64,000 nt of DNA. Source: Candidatus Latescibacterota bacterium. Its GTDB lineage: Bacteria; Latescibacterota; UBA2968; UBA8231. Location of the stretch: assembly GCA_965217585.1 (NCBI GenBank), contig OZ244561.1, positions 4,896,001 to 4,960,000 on the forward strand, written 5' to 3'. The notes below the pieces were generated by a model that saw only the letters and a program-made list of their open reading frames with translations, did not search any database and was not told where the DNA came from. The translations under genes and the position numbers were made by a program. Below are positions 9,026 to 19,344 of this stretch, piece by piece. How positions within the stretch are numbered: position 1 is the first letter of the stretch; every line of letters starts with the position of its first letter.

Positions 9026-11077
9026 TCAGTACATCACCGCTACGGTGCACACGGCGGTGATGTCGCCCTGATTCAATCGGGCCCGCACCCGCACTAGGTA
9101 CAGGCCCGGCACCACCAAAGTGCCGTCGTCGTCGAGACCGTCCCAAAAACCCGGGCTGAGCGCAGGGTCTCCTCCGGCTGGAGGGCGCACGTATTGGCCA
9201 CCGCGCAGCGAGCCGGTGTCTAGCTGGCGCACCAAGCGGCCCCCTAGGTCGAGAATGTCCACGTCTATTTCCTGCGGCACACTGACCCGGGAGAGGACGA
9301 ATTCAATGATGGTATGGTCGTTGATATTGTCGCCGTTGGGGGTGAAAACGGGCGGATTTGTCCGCACCTGGTCCAGTATCGGCCCAAACGCGTCGAGCGC
9401 CCGCACACTCCAGGAGTAAGGGGCACCGGTGCTTGGATCAGAGGCGGCGTTCTCCTCGGCGTCGAGTGAGATAGCTGCCTCTGGGCTGAAAAGGCGCGTG
9501 GAAAAGGCGAACTGGTTGGTCAGCAACCGCGCCCTGAAACGCAGTTGCAACTGGCCGGACTGGTGCCAGAGATCGGTCCATACCAACTCCAATGCGTCTC
9601 CCGCAATAGTGGTGCGGGCGATTTCTATCCCCGGGGGTAGCACAATTTCTGCCACCTCGGCTAGGCTCGGCATAGCGATGCGAATGTGCTCCACGCCCAA
9701 ATCGCCCGCGTCGAATTCGACTTCGAGGTGGTAGACGAATTCGGTCTCGCGCCCTACCACCCCCCTGTTGGGTTCCACCCGGACGCGGGCGGCCGAGGCA
9801 GGCGTTTGCTCGGAGAAAGCCATGATCAGACTATCTAGGCGCGGACCGACGTCTTCGAAATCAGTGGAGAAATTAACCCGATATTGCAGCAAGTTTCGCG
9901 GTTCGGGTACCTGCAGAGCGGCTTCTAGGGCGCCAGTCTCAGGACTCCAGTCGCTCCAGTTGACGCCGTCGTTCGAAGTGCGGAACTGCACGCTCAGGGT
10001 GGTGCCTGCGGGCCGCTGGCCGATCCAGCGGAAGTGGTCGTAGATTTTGCGCTGGCCGGGCAAGCCCAAATCCAGCGGCGACGAAGTGAAAGTACCCGCG
10101 GGAGCCACCCCCTGCCCGGTTACCTGAATATCGGCGACGCGGGCCCGCCGCAGTGGATCGAGTTCGATGGCGATCACGCGCAAAAAGCGGCTGAAGGTTG
10201 GCTCAAAGGCAACGGCGGTTTGCGCAAAATCGGCAATGCCGCGAATGGCACCGACTTCACGCCACTGAAAACCGTCGTTGCTGACCTCGACGGCATACCC
10301 CTGCAGGGTGTTGGCGGCAAAATCTTCGGCATTCGTTCCGGCTGTGAAGACCCGCACTTCGCCGAGCAGGCGCTGGATGCCCAGGTCGACACGGGCAAAG
10401 CTGTTGAGCTCGTCGGGTTCGATCGTCCAGATGCTTTCGGCTTGGCCGTCAAATACCTCCGGCCGGTTTGCCGACTGATTAAGTGCTAGGTTTTCGCCCT
10501 CGACCGTGCGCAAGTTCAGTCCGTCGCCGCCCACGTCAATGCCCCCCGGATAGCCGGCAATTACTTCCGCTCCGAGGGGGTCGTCCCAGCCGGAAAGCCT
10601 GTGGCGCTCCAGCCGACCGCGCTGCACCGTTGTCCACGCTGCTATCTCGCTCACATCCGCGGTCAGCCAGTCGGTGCCTTGCTGGGGATCGCCGCTCCAG
10701 CGCCATACCTCCTGCAGACCGCTAGTAGTACTCAGCCACACCTGTTCGCCGGCGACCACTTCGACGACCAGACCACTGCCGTTGCCCTGTCCCCAGTTTT
10801 CCACGCGCACGGCTAGATGGTTAGCGCCGCCTTGCAGTTCGACCGCCAATTCCTCCACGGTCGTCCAGTCGTCATCGCTGCCCACCGAGTCGCCGTTGAG
10901 GAAAACCTCGTATTCATTGACCGCGGTTAGGCGCAACGCGACCTGTGTCGCTGCAGCCGCATTGAAGGTAAGCCGGTAGTAGACGATTTGGTCCCACTGC
11001 GCTATCTGCCACTCGGCCGCAGCCGCGGGCGAGAGCACCGCCAGAACAAAACCCACTACCGATGGCATGACTTTCAT
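9026..11077 (-). CDS. Secreted discoidin/FlgD-Ig domain protein (paralogue of 1474-3576)
   Basis: 683 aa, signal peptide, LRLTAVNEYEVFLNG, FTPNGDNIND, WDGLDDDG..VVPGLYLVRV. Confidence 0.8.
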   Translation of the reverse strand: MKVMPSVVGFVLAVLSPAAAAEWQIAQWDQIVYYRLTFNAAAATQVALRLTAVNEYEVFLNGDSVGSDDDWTTVEELAVELQGGANHLAVRVENWGQGNGSGLVVEVVAGEQVWLSTTSGLQEVWRWSGDPQQGTDWLTADVSEIAAWTTVQRGRLERHRLSGWDDPLGAEVIAGYPGGIDVGGDGLNLRTVEGENLALNQSANRPEVFDGQAESIWTIEPDELNSFARVDLGIQRLLGEVRVFTAGTNAEDFAANTLQGYAVEVSNDGFQWREVGAIRGIADFAQTAVAFEPTFSRFLRVIAIELDPLRRARVADIQVTGQGVAPAGTFTSSPLDLGLPGQRKIYDHFRWIGQRPAGTTLSVQFRTSNDGVNWSDWSPETGALEAALQVPEPRNLLQYRVNFSTDFEDVGPRLDSLIMAFSEQTPASAARVRVEPNRGVVGRETEFVYHLEVEFDAGDLGVEHIRIAMPSLAEVAEIVLPPGIEIARTTIAGDALELVWTDLWHQSGQLQLRFRARLLTNQFAFSTRLFSPEAAISLDAEENAASDPSTGAPYSWSVRALDAFGPILDQVRTNPPVFTPNGDNINDHTIIEFVLSRVSVPQEIDVDILDLGGRLVRQLDTGSLRGGQYVRPPAGGDPALSPGFWDGLDDDGTLVVPGLYLVRVRARLNQGDITAVCTVAVMY

Positions 11078-11094
11078 TGCTCAGCTATTGCTCG

Positions 11095-11541
11095 CTATGC
11101 TCCCGACTCGAAGTCGAGGCTTACAGTGATGGCTTTGGTAATCGGATTGACCACCAGACGGTGATATTGGCCGAAGGGCTTCCAGCGCTTTGAGCCGTTT
11201 CCCCAGACGTGTTCCGGCTCTTGCTCCGGCACTGACAGGCCAATGCGCCGCAGTGCTTTCGTCGTATCAAAGGGGTCCATCTTTTTGAATGTATAGGTCA
11301 CGTAAGACGCGCTGCCATGTATCAAATCCACGTAAACCCAGGTGCTATCTCCATCCGCATCTCTCCACTGCAGAGTGGTTACTTTCTCGGAGCGCGCAAA
11401 GTCGAAATCCGGCTCGCCTAGGCGCTCCTTCAGGGTTGCTCCGGTTTTGTTCAATATCTGGTGCACAGCGAGCAGCGGCACTTCTTCCCGGCCGCAAGCG
11501 GCGATAAAAAAGAAAGTTGCAAAGAATATGCTGGAGTGCAC
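11095..11541 (-). CDS. Hypothetical lipoprotein
   Basis: 148 aa, lipobox-like IAAC, overlaps the upstream gene's stop. Confidence 0.65.
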   Translation of the reverse strand: MHSSIFFATFFFIAACGREEVPLLAVHQILNKTGATLKERLGEPDFDFARSEKVTTLQWRDADGDSTWVYVDLIHGSASYVTYTFKKMDPFDTTKALRRIGLSVPEQEPEHVWGNGSKRWKPFGQYHRLVVNPITKAITVSLDFESGA

Positions 11542-12776
11542 TATTCCACCTTGAAAGTGAAGGGATACGTCACGAATACAGGCAGTGGCGTCAATCGGGG
11601 TGCTGTGGCCCGCGCTCCGGGACCGCGCGCATTCTCTTCACTCGTTGCGCCAGCTGCCGGTTTTTGCAGTGCCCCTATATCAATGGGTCGGAAAGCCCAC
11701 CGCATAATCTCTTGTTGCATGCACTGGCCCACGGCTTGGCTACCCACACTCGAGTTGGTGACCTTGGCCTCGGAAACGGCTCCGCCTACCTCAATGGTGA
11801 AGCGCATGGTCACTGCGCCTGCGGTGGCCTCTCCTTTGTCGAATGCTGCGACGAAGCAGCGGTTGAGACCCGACAAACGCTGCCGCACCACGGCCCGAAT
11901 GGCACTCAGGCTGCGGGTGCGCTCACCGGGCAGGTTGCCCATGATCCGGCTGGGGCCATTCTCGGAAATCATCAATGTTTCGGCGGTTTTGCCGCTGATT
12001 GCTCCCTTTTGCACGACGCGATCTTCCACTTTGTGTTTAAAGACAAAGCGCAGATCCCGCTTTTCCACGGGTTTGTCAAAAACCCCGAAACGCAAGACGA
12101 AGTCCTTCAAGGTCAGCACTACCTCCTCGGTTTCGGGATAAACCGGATCGAAGACGATAAAACCGCCGTAATTCTCGCCCTTAAATATGGGCTGGCCCTC
12201 CTCGTAGTTATAGCTGCGTACCATGCCCATGCGCAGTTCGAAGCGATAGAACTCGTTGCCGCTCTGGCCCCGCTGCGAGCGGTAGTAGTTTTCGAAATTA
12301 CCATAGGGCGACGACGAGGTGATGCCATAGGCGCGCAGGAACTGGCCTTGGTCGGTCTGCACTACGGCTGCCAATGGGTCGAGCATGACTTTGGGCAGAG
12401 TGCGGTTGAAAATAGTGACCTTGAAAACGGTGAAGCGGTTGGGCGTATATCCTAGGCGTGTATCGATCCAGTCGCCGTAGGTGTAGGGATTGGTCGAGTA
12501 CTTGCTGCGCCCCGATTCGTCGGGGAAGAGGGCGTTGAGCTTGGCGTCGGTCATGTGCTCTACCTCGAGGCGCATCCCGGCCAGTTCCCAAGAGATCGCG
12601 CCATTCTCCTGCAGACTATAGGCCCCTTCCGTTTCCGCGGACTCGATGACCGGCAACAGCAGAGTCTCGCGCTTGACGGCCGTGGGAAAGAGAAAACAGC
12701 CTGATAGCAGACCGCACAGCGCAACGACCCAGATCAGCCGGCCGTGTCCCACCGCGCTATTACCCTCTTTACTCAT
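11541..12776 (-). CDS. Lipoprotein with C-terminal TonB-C-like (AgmX/PglI) domain
   Basis: Lipobox LSGC; C-terminal LNRCF...GAVTMRFTI..GAVSEAKV..SSV....VGQCM....RWAF...VTYPFTF. Confidence 0.75.
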   Translation of the reverse strand: MSKEGNSAVGHGRLIWVVALCGLLSGCFLFPTAVKRETLLLPVIESAETEGAYSLQENGAISWELAGMRLEVEHMTDAKLNALFPDESGRSKYSTNPYTYGDWIDTRLGYTPNRFTVFKVTIFNRTLPKVMLDPLAAVVQTDQGQFLRAYGITSSSPYGNFENYYRSQRGQSGNEFYRFELRMGMVRSYNYEEGQPIFKGENYGGFIVFDPVYPETEEVVLTLKDFVLRFGVFDKPVEKRDLRFVFKHKVEDRVVQKGAISGKTAETLMISENGPSRIMGNLPGERTRSLSAIRAVVRQRLSGLNRCFVAAFDKGEATAGAVTMRFTIEVGGAVSEAKVTNSSVGSQAVGQCMQQEIMRWAFRPIDIGALQKPAAGATSEENARGPGARATAPRLTPLPVFVTYPFTFKVE

Positions 12777-13996
12777 TGGTTCTGCTCCGTGTAGAAATCG
12801 ATCTGTTGCTGGGCAATGGAGCCTTGCTGAGTCAGGGCGAACACCACTAGGTTGACGCCCATTTGTAGCTGTGGCTCGTTGCGGAATTCCTTTTCCCAGG
12901 CGCGTCCATATTCCTTGGTCGTGAAGATTGCCACCAGGCGCTCGCCGAGAAAAATACCTTCCAAAAAGGGCACCTCGGGATGAAAATCGCGGCCGAATAC
13001 GAGCCTATCCTGAGTCCGTTTTGGCGGCGGGCCATCGTCGAAGTCGTAAAAGCTGTGGTATATGGGGTGGTCGTTGGGGATGACTTTGAAGCGCGCATCC
13101 CGCCCCAGCGAAGCCTTGAGCATTTCCCGCAGCGAGGCTTCGGCCGGGGTGTACTCGGTGGCGGCATCCCGCCCCAACTCGCTCATGGCCTCGACCATGA
13201 CAAAGCCACCCTGCCGCAAATAGTCACCCAGATTGGCGATCTCCTGCTGGGTGGGTTCGAAGGCTTGATCGACGGAGATGTACACGAAGGGCGCCCGGAA
13301 GATAGCGCGCGAATCGAGGAAGAGATGGTCGTCCACTCCGGCCCGAATCTGGGTAAATCCATTAATCGCTTCGACCAGCTCGAAGATGGCCCGCTGGGTT
13401 GACGGTTTGAAGTCGTTGCCCCAGGCTAGGGCTAGGTAAACGAAGCCGGTGATGTTCTGTTTGTCGGTCGGATCCTGGACCACCAGTCCCTTATAGCGGC
13501 CGATATCCAGCGCTTCCAAGTCGAGGAATTCCTCCTGCATGCTGATGCGCTTCTCCGGCTCTTTGGGGCTCTTGATGGCGACGCGCTGCACTTTGGGCTG
13601 GACCACTTCTAAGCCTAGGTCCGCACCGCTTGCAACGCCGAAGCGGAAGGTCTTGATTTTGCCGACTAGGTCGGGGAGGCGAATCTGGGGTTTGCGGGTG
13701 ATTTGCGGCTTGGCCGCCCGCACCTGGCGGGTCATCTGCCGTTTGGGGATTTGCCGTTTCTCAAACTCAAAGGCTTTGGTCATGCGCGGCTTGCGCACCA
13801 CTAGGTGCATCAGCGGGGGTTTGGGAGCTTTTTTTTCTTCTTCCCTGGTAGCTAGGTAGATTGTGGGTATGGCCAACAGAGCAATCGCTATCGCCAGCGC
13901 CCGGTAGAGTACCCTGCGCTGGCGGCGCAGTAATTCCTCCAAACGGAGCGCGTCCGTCGGCGTGGCGAAGCGTTTGGCATCGATTTGAGCGGCCAT
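12773..13996 (-). CDS. DUF4159-domain protein with N-terminal membrane anchor and Lys/Pro-rich linker
   Basis: NLGDYLRQGGFV, DHPIYHSFYDF, MGVNLVVFAL; start placed at ATG 13996 after GGGG. Confidence 0.8.
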   Translation of the reverse strand: MAAQIDAKRFATPTDALRLEELLRRQRRVLYRALAIAIALLAIPTIYLATREEEKKAPKPPLMHLVVRKPRMTKAFEFEKRQIPKRQMTRQVRAAKPQITRKPQIRLPDLVGKIKTFRFGVASGADLGLEVVQPKVQRVAIKSPKEPEKRISMQEEFLDLEALDIGRYKGLVVQDPTDKQNITGFVYLALAWGNDFKPSTQRAIFELVEAINGFTQIRAGVDDHLFLDSRAIFRAPFVYISVDQAFEPTQQEIANLGDYLRQGGFVMVEAMSELGRDAATEYTPAEASLREMLKASLGRDARFKVIPNDHPIYHSFYDFDDGPPPKRTQDRLVFGRDFHPEVPFLEGIFLGERLVAIFTTKEYGRAWEKEFRNEPQLQMGVNLVVFALTQQGSIAQQQIDFYTEQNQ

Positions 13997-14003
13997 GGTA
14001 CCC

Positions 14004-17000
14004 CTATAAGCGGTTGGCTTCGATCCACTCTTTGTGCATGCGGGCAAAGCGATGGGCTTCGGCCTGTTCGTCGGTTAGGCGACTGAGGACTTGGTCGTAA
14101 ACCTGCACCGCGTCCTTCCACTGCCCCAATGACTCGTAGCAGACCCCCATATTGCTCAGCGCTCCGATCTCGCTTTCGGTGCCGGGATAGTCGCGCGCGA
14201 CTTCCGCAAAGCCGGCTGCCGCCCGGCGGAACTGGGCCGGGTTCTGCTCTTCAAGGGCTTGGGCAAAGACCGCCTCGACTTCGGCGTAGCGCAGGTAAGC
14301 CACTACTTCGCGCAGGTCATCTATTAATTCGGGAACCTTTTGCGCCACCGGACTGCTGGGAAAGCGGCGGATGACTTCTTGGTAGGCCTGCAGGGCTTTA
14401 TCGTATTCCTTCTCATTGTAGTAAAAGTCGCCGATGGTGAACTGGGCATTGGCCGCCAGAGCACTGCCCGGGTAGTCGGCAACCACGCTTTGCAAGGCGG
14501 CGATGGCTTGGGACTCCCGTTTCATATTGAGATGAGACCAGGCCAGATTGTAGAGGGCATCGTCGGCCAGATCCGCTTGCGGGTGCATTTCGAGCAATTG
14601 CTGGTAATGCGCTTGCGCCGTCTCGAATTGTCCCAAGTTGTAATGGGCTTCCCCGGCCCTGAACAGTGCGTCGGGTGCCAACTCGCTTTGGGGATAGGCG
14701 CTGGCTAGGTCGGCAAAGGCGGCAGCGGCTTGCTCGAACTGAGTCAGGTTGAAATGGGCGTATCCCAGATAGTAGAGGGCGTAGGGGCGGTTGCGATGAT
14801 CGGGCGTTTTCTGCAGATAAGTTTCGAGCACTCGCACGGTTCCCCCGAGATCGTCCCGCTCGAATAGGGCCTGCCCCAGAGCAAAGCGCATATCGGCCGA
14901 ATAATAGGAGTCCGGGTAGCGGGACAGTGCCTTTTGGTAGGTGTTGATTAGTGCCTGGGTATCACCCCGTGAGGCGTGGGCGTCGCCCATTAGGAAGTAG
15001 GCTTTCTCTTGGAGGAAATAGGGTTGCTCACCGCGCAGAGCGGGCAAGTCCAAGGAGAGAATCCGCCGGCATACGGCCTCAACTTGGTCGAATTCATTCA
15101 GGTTGTAGTGAAGTTCGGCCAGCACCACTAGGTGTTCGGCGCGCTCGACTGAATCGGTTGCCGCCGCTACTAGGGCCCGGTAGTCCTCGATGGCTTCTTC
15201 GTCCCGCCCTAATTCGAGATGGGCCAGACCAAGCATGCGCTGGGCCGCCCCTGCCAACTCCTCGTTGTCGCTGTGCAGTAGTGCTTTTAGGTCGGCTGTC
15301 GCCTCCTGATAGCGCTTGAGCTTGAGCAGGCTTACGCCGCGGCCGTAGAGGGCACCCCGGCGCACCTCGTCGTCGTCGGCCAGTTCGATGGTGCGTCCCA
15401 GTGCTTCCACCGCGGCGCCGAATGTCTCCGTTTCGATCAGGGTGCGCCCTTTCATGTAGTGGAGACGGGCCTGTTCGTTTTTAGCTATACTGACCTCCAA
15501 GCCCGCCTCCAGCGCCTCCAACGCCCCCGAGAAATCGCCCTCCGCAGCCAGCAGGTTGCTCGTTTCGAGCATGGCCTTGGAAAACAAATTCGAAGTGCGG
15601 TCAAGCTGTCGGAATAGCTCCACTGCCCTGCCGGGCTGGCCCAAATCCCGGTAGCACAGAGCCAGTTCGAAACGGGCCCCGTGGCGCTGCGGGGACTCGG
15701 AGTATTTTTGTAGAATGGATTCGTAAGCGGCGATGGCCCGCTTGAAGTTTTCTTGCTGGTAGTGGATGCGGCCCAGTTGGAAAAGAGCGCTGCGTACGTA
15801 GTCGGGGTCTTGGTCGGCGTCGACGATCTCTTGATAGAGCTCCAGCGCCTGGACAGTATGCTCAGCACTGCCCAGAGTGCCGAGCATTTGGTTGCACAGG
15901 GCGATATTAAATGGGGTAGCAGCTAGGGATAGTTCGCTGCTGGGGTAGTCGGCGGCAATGCGTTCGTACGCGGCGATCGCCTGTGCATAGGCCAATCGGG
16001 CGTCGTCGGCCGCGGCTTGGCGCTGAACCTCAGCCCGCTCGTAATGGGCCCGCCCGATCTTGTAAAGGGCCCAGGGCGGTGCCAGACCAGCGGCTTTGGC
16101 CACATCCCCGTACGCATCTAGGTAGAGTTGATATTCGGCGATGGCGCGTTGATAGTTGCCAAGGCCGTAGTAGTGTTCGGCCAGCAGGGATTGCATGCTG
16201 GCCTGAAAAATGCGGTTGCGGCTACCGTCGATGGCCTCGCGGTAGGTGCGCACTGCCGCTTGGTCGTCGCCGCCTTGGGTGTACATATCGGCTAGGCGGA
16301 TATAGGCCTCGGCCACCAGTTTCTGTTCCTGAGCGAAGGCGGTTATAACCTTGCTATAGGCGGTAGCGGCACCGGCAAAATCCCCGCTTTGGGCGCGGCA
16401 ATCGCCTATCTTGATCTGGGCTTTGGCCGCCAATTCTAGCGCAGTCTCGTCTACTAGGCCGGCTATTTTCTCACGCCGCATCTTCAGCAGGTCGCGCTCG
16501 CTGAGGTGGTCGATGTCTTGGCGGTCTACCACTTCCTGGTACCAGAAAGTGGCCTGATCGTAGCGCTGCTGCAGAAAGTAGGCTTCGCCGATTTGGAAAA
16601 GCGCCCGGTCTGCGCGGTACCCTTTGGGGAAGTGCCGCCCCAATTCCTCAAAGGCGGTGATGCTTTCCCGGTACTGCCCCAATTCAAAATGGGCCCAGCC
16701 GATATTGTAGAGGGCGTTGTCGAGGTATTGGCTGTCGGGATATTTCTGCACAAAAGCCCGGCCCTCTGCTATGGTGCGCTGGTAATCGCCGCTTGCATAG
16801 AGGCAGTTGACTAGCCGATTGCGGGCCAGTTCCCGCATCTGCGGAGAGGTGGTCTGGGCTTCGGTCTTGAGGAAGTAGGCACCCGCTTCCACGAAGTCGG
16901 TCGCGGTCCGTTCGGCGAGTTGGCGTTGGCGTTCGGGGTCGCGTGCCCGGGCGGCGCGGCGCTGGGATTCCTGGGCGCGCTTAAAGTAGCTATTACCCGT

Positions 17001-17249
17001 CTGGTAGAGGGCGATTTCTTTGATCGGGGCCGCAACCTCGCCGACCGCGGCCTTGATCTCCGCTGTGTAGAGCAGCGGGCTTTCAATGGCATTGATGCGC
17101 TCGTAGGTTGCGATGGCTTGCTCGTAGTCCTCGGCGGCGTAGAATTTCTGTGCCTGCTTAAAAGAAGCTTGTATTTCGTCCGGGGTCGGTACGAAGTACG
17201 AGCCTACTACTAGACCCAGCAAAGTACCTACAATGAGCAGCGGTGTCAT
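14004..17249 (-). CDS. Large multi-TPR periplasmic protein (BamD/YbgF-type repeats)
   Basis: Many YP.S...ALY..G TPR repeats, N-terminal hydrophobic segment; GAGAGG SD before ATG 17249. Confidence 0.9.
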   Translation of the reverse strand: MTPLLIVGTLLGLVVGSYFVPTPDEIQASFKQAQKFYAAEDYEQAIATYERINAIESPLLYTAEIKAAVGEVAAPIKEIALYQTGNSYFKRAQESQRRAARARDPERQRQLAERTATDFVEAGAYFLKTEAQTTSPQMRELARNRLVNCLYASGDYQRTIAEGRAFVQKYPDSQYLDNALYNIGWAHFELGQYRESITAFEELGRHFPKGYRADRALFQIGEAYFLQQRYDQATFWYQEVVDRQDIDHLSERDLLKMRREKIAGLVDETALELAAKAQIKIGDCRAQSGDFAGAATAYSKVITAFAQEQKLVAEAYIRLADMYTQGGDDQAAVRTYREAIDGSRNRIFQASMQSLLAEHYYGLGNYQRAIAEYQLYLDAYGDVAKAAGLAPPWALYKIGRAHYERAEVQRQAAADDARLAYAQAIAAYERIAADYPSSELSLAATPFNIALCNQMLGTLGSAEHTVQALELYQEIVDADQDPDYVRSALFQLGRIHYQQENFKRAIAAYESILQKYSESPQRHGARFELALCYRDLGQPGRAVELFRQLDRTSNLFSKAMLETSNLLAAEGDFSGALEALEAGLEVSIAKNEQARLHYMKGRTLIETETFGAAVEALGRTIELADDDEVRRGALYGRGVSLLKLKRYQEATADLKALLHSDNEELAGAAQRMLGLAHLELGRDEEAIEDYRALVAAATDSVERAEHLVVLAELHYNLNEFDQVEAVCRRILSLDLPALRGEQPYFLQEKAYFLMGDAHASRGDTQALINTYQKALSRYPDSYYSADMRFALGQALFERDDLGGTVRVLETYLQKTPDHRNRPYALYYLGYAHFNLTQFEQAAAAFADLASAYPQSELAPDALFRAGEAHYNLGQFETAQAHYQQLLEMHPQADLADDALYNLAWSHLNMKRESQAIAALQSVVADYPGSALAANAQFTIGDFYYNEKEYDKALQAYQEVIRRFPSSPVAQKVPELIDDLREVVAYLRYAEVEAVFAQALEEQNPAQFRRAAAGFAEVARDYPGTESEIGALSNMGVCYESLGQWKDAVQVYDQVLSRLTDEQAEAHRFARMHKEWIEANRL

Positions 17250-17304
17250 AGGACCTCTCAAAGAAAGAGCACACCAGCACACCAAATTCTGCAGATTAGC
17301 CAAA

Positions 17305-17333
17305 ACTGTAAGAAAAGGCTAATGCGGTTGCAA
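17305..17333 (-). promoter_or_regulatory. Putative sigma70 promoter of the TPR operon
   Basis: TTGCAA-17 nt-TACAGT on the minus strand. Confidence 0.4.
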
Positions 17334-17399
17334 GTATTTCTCTATGCGGTTTGGTAACGGGTTTTTTACGCCATGAGAGGAAACGGGGCAGATGTTCCT

Positions 17400-17428
17400 T
17401 TGGCATGTTGCTAGAGGCGAAGTATATT
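17400..17428 (+). promoter_or_regulatory. Putative sigma70 promoter of exbBDD
   Basis: TTGGCA-17 nt-TATATT. Confidence 0.4.
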
Positions 17429-17602
17429 ATCGGCCGTGCGCTGGAGCGGCTAAATTTGCACGGCCCTGCGCGTCCTATTCGAGTCTATGAGCCGCACAAA
17501 CTCATTGCGGGAGGCATGCGTTATGGAAACCCTATTAGCCGGCGGCATCCTGATGATTCCCTTGGGCCTGTGCGCCGTCCTCTCACTAGCATTCATTCTA
17601 GA

Positions 17603-18673
17603 TAGGACTTACGCAGTTGGATAGTTTAGGATAAGATAGAAGCTACTCCCCCTCCGCCGCGAGCCAGTCCGATGAACCCAGCCAAGTGTGCAGACCACGA
17701 CTACATCCACTTCCTGATCGCCGCTCAGTGCGCCTTCAGTTGTACTGAGGCCGCCCGCTGTCATCCTGAAGGGGGCCCTACGCCATCCCATGACGCCTTC
17801 ACGCGCCTGCTCACAAGACAGCCTCCCGATACCGAGGCGTTGTGGCGAGAGACGCAGGGACTGGTCACCCTTCAGGGCGGCGTGTTGGCTCTGGACGATT
17901 CCACCTTGGACAAGCCCTATGCCAAGCGGATCGAACTGGTGACGCGCCATTGGAGCGGCAAACATCACCGGGTGGTCTTGGGCATCAATCTCATAAGTAT
18001 GGTCTGGTCGGACGGCCTCGCTTGCATTCCCTGCGACTTCCGCGTCTATGACAAGCCGATCGGGGGCCACAACAAGAACGAGCACTTCCGGGCGATGCTG
18101 GCCAGTGCCCAAGCGCGCGGCTTTCAGCCCGAGTGCGTGGTGTTCGATAGCTGGTATGCTTCCCTCGACAACCTCAAGCGGATTCGCGCCTACGATTGGT
18201 CTTGGCTGACGCGCCTCAAGGCCAACAGACAGGTCAACCCCGATGGGAGCGGCAACGTGGCGATCGGCTCTGTTGCCATCGAACCGGAAGGCCGGCGGGT
18301 GCATCTCAAGGGCTATGGGTTCATCCAGGTGTTTCGGACGGTCTCGGCAAACGGAGACGCGCAATACTGGGCAACCAACGACCTGGAGATGGCTGTCAGC
18401 CAGTTTGAGGCGTGGTCCAAGCGGGCGTGGTCCATTGAGACCTACCACCGAGGCCTCAAGCAGTGTTGCGGCGTCGAGCAGGCGCAGGTTCGGTCGGCAC
18501 GGGCGCAGATGAACCATATCGCGTTGTCGATTCGCGCCTTCGTGCGGTTGGAGGTGCATAGACTCCAAACCGGTGTCAGTTGGTATGAAGCCAAAAGGAA
18601 CATCATCCGAGAGGCTGTCCGGCTGTATCTGCAACGACCACTGCACAGGCTCAACTCAACTGCGTAAGTCCTA
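17603..18673 (+). mobile_element. IS701-family insertion sequence (1071 bp)
   Basis: Perfect 17-bp terminal IRs TAGGACTTACGCAGTTG (17603-17619; complement 18657-18673) and 5-bp direct repeats CTAGA (17598-17602, 18674-18678). Confidence 0.95.
17672..18667 (+). CDS. IS701-family DDE transposase
   Basis: LALDDSTLDKPY, VVFDSWY, RAWSIETYHRGLKQCCG. Confidence 0.95.
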   Translation: MNPAKCADHDYIHFLIAAQCAFSCTEAARCHPEGGPTPSHDAFTRLLTRQPPDTEALWRETQGLVTLQGGVLALDDSTLDKPYAKRIELVTRHWSGKHHRVVLGINLISMVWSDGLACIPCDFRVYDKPIGGHNKNEHFRAMLASAQARGFQPECVVFDSWYASLDNLKRIRAYDWSWLTRLKANRQVNPDGSGNVAIGSVAIEPEGRRVHLKGYGFIQVFRTVSANGDAQYWATNDLEMAVSQFEAWSKRAWSIETYHRGLKQCCGVEQAQVRSARAQMNHIALSIRAFVRLEVHRLQTGVSWYEAKRNIIREAVRLYLQRPLHRLNSTA

Positions 18674-19344
18674 CTAGAAAGGGTCTGGGTACTCAGTCGT
18701 ATTCCCGGCGAGCAGGCCGCCCAACAGACTCTAGAAGAGGCGGAAAGAGCCTTAGCGGATCGGGGGCAAGAAGCTGCCGCCCAGTACTGCGCCGACCACA
18801 AAGGCCCTCTGTGTTTTATTTTTGCCTCCTTGCTCAAGCGCTTTGACACCCTCATGCTCGAACGCCGCGAATTCCGTCCCACCAACGAACGCCTAGCCCG
18901 CTTGGCTGGACAGGCCGGTGCCGGAGACCTCTCCCGCTTTATGCTCGAGCAAAAGGAACTTTCCGACCTCAAGGACGATCTCGTGCTGGAGACGGACGAA
19001 GCCGGCAAGGTCTATCTAAGTCGCTACCTAGTGGTGCTCAATACCATCGGCAATATCTCGCCGTTGCTGGGTCTGTTCGGCACCATCCTCGGCATGATCA
19101 CCTCCTTCAAGGCCATTGCCGTAGCCGGCACGGGCGATCCCAAGGTGGTGGCCAGCGGCATTTCGCAGGCCTTGGTCACTACGGCCACGGGGCTGGCGAT
19201 CGCCATCCCCACCATCGTGGCCTACCGCTCGCTGGCCCGGCGCGCCGACCACCACCGCAGCCGTCTCGAAGTCTATGGTCTGGCTTTCGTCAACACCTTG
19301 TTGGTGGTCGGTCAGGAGCAATTGGACGGGGAGGCAGCTGGCTG

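Noticed and set aside
17609-18646. 345-aa ORF antisense to the transposase
   Set aside because: No recognisable motifs; antisense shadow whose stop arises from the inverted repeat
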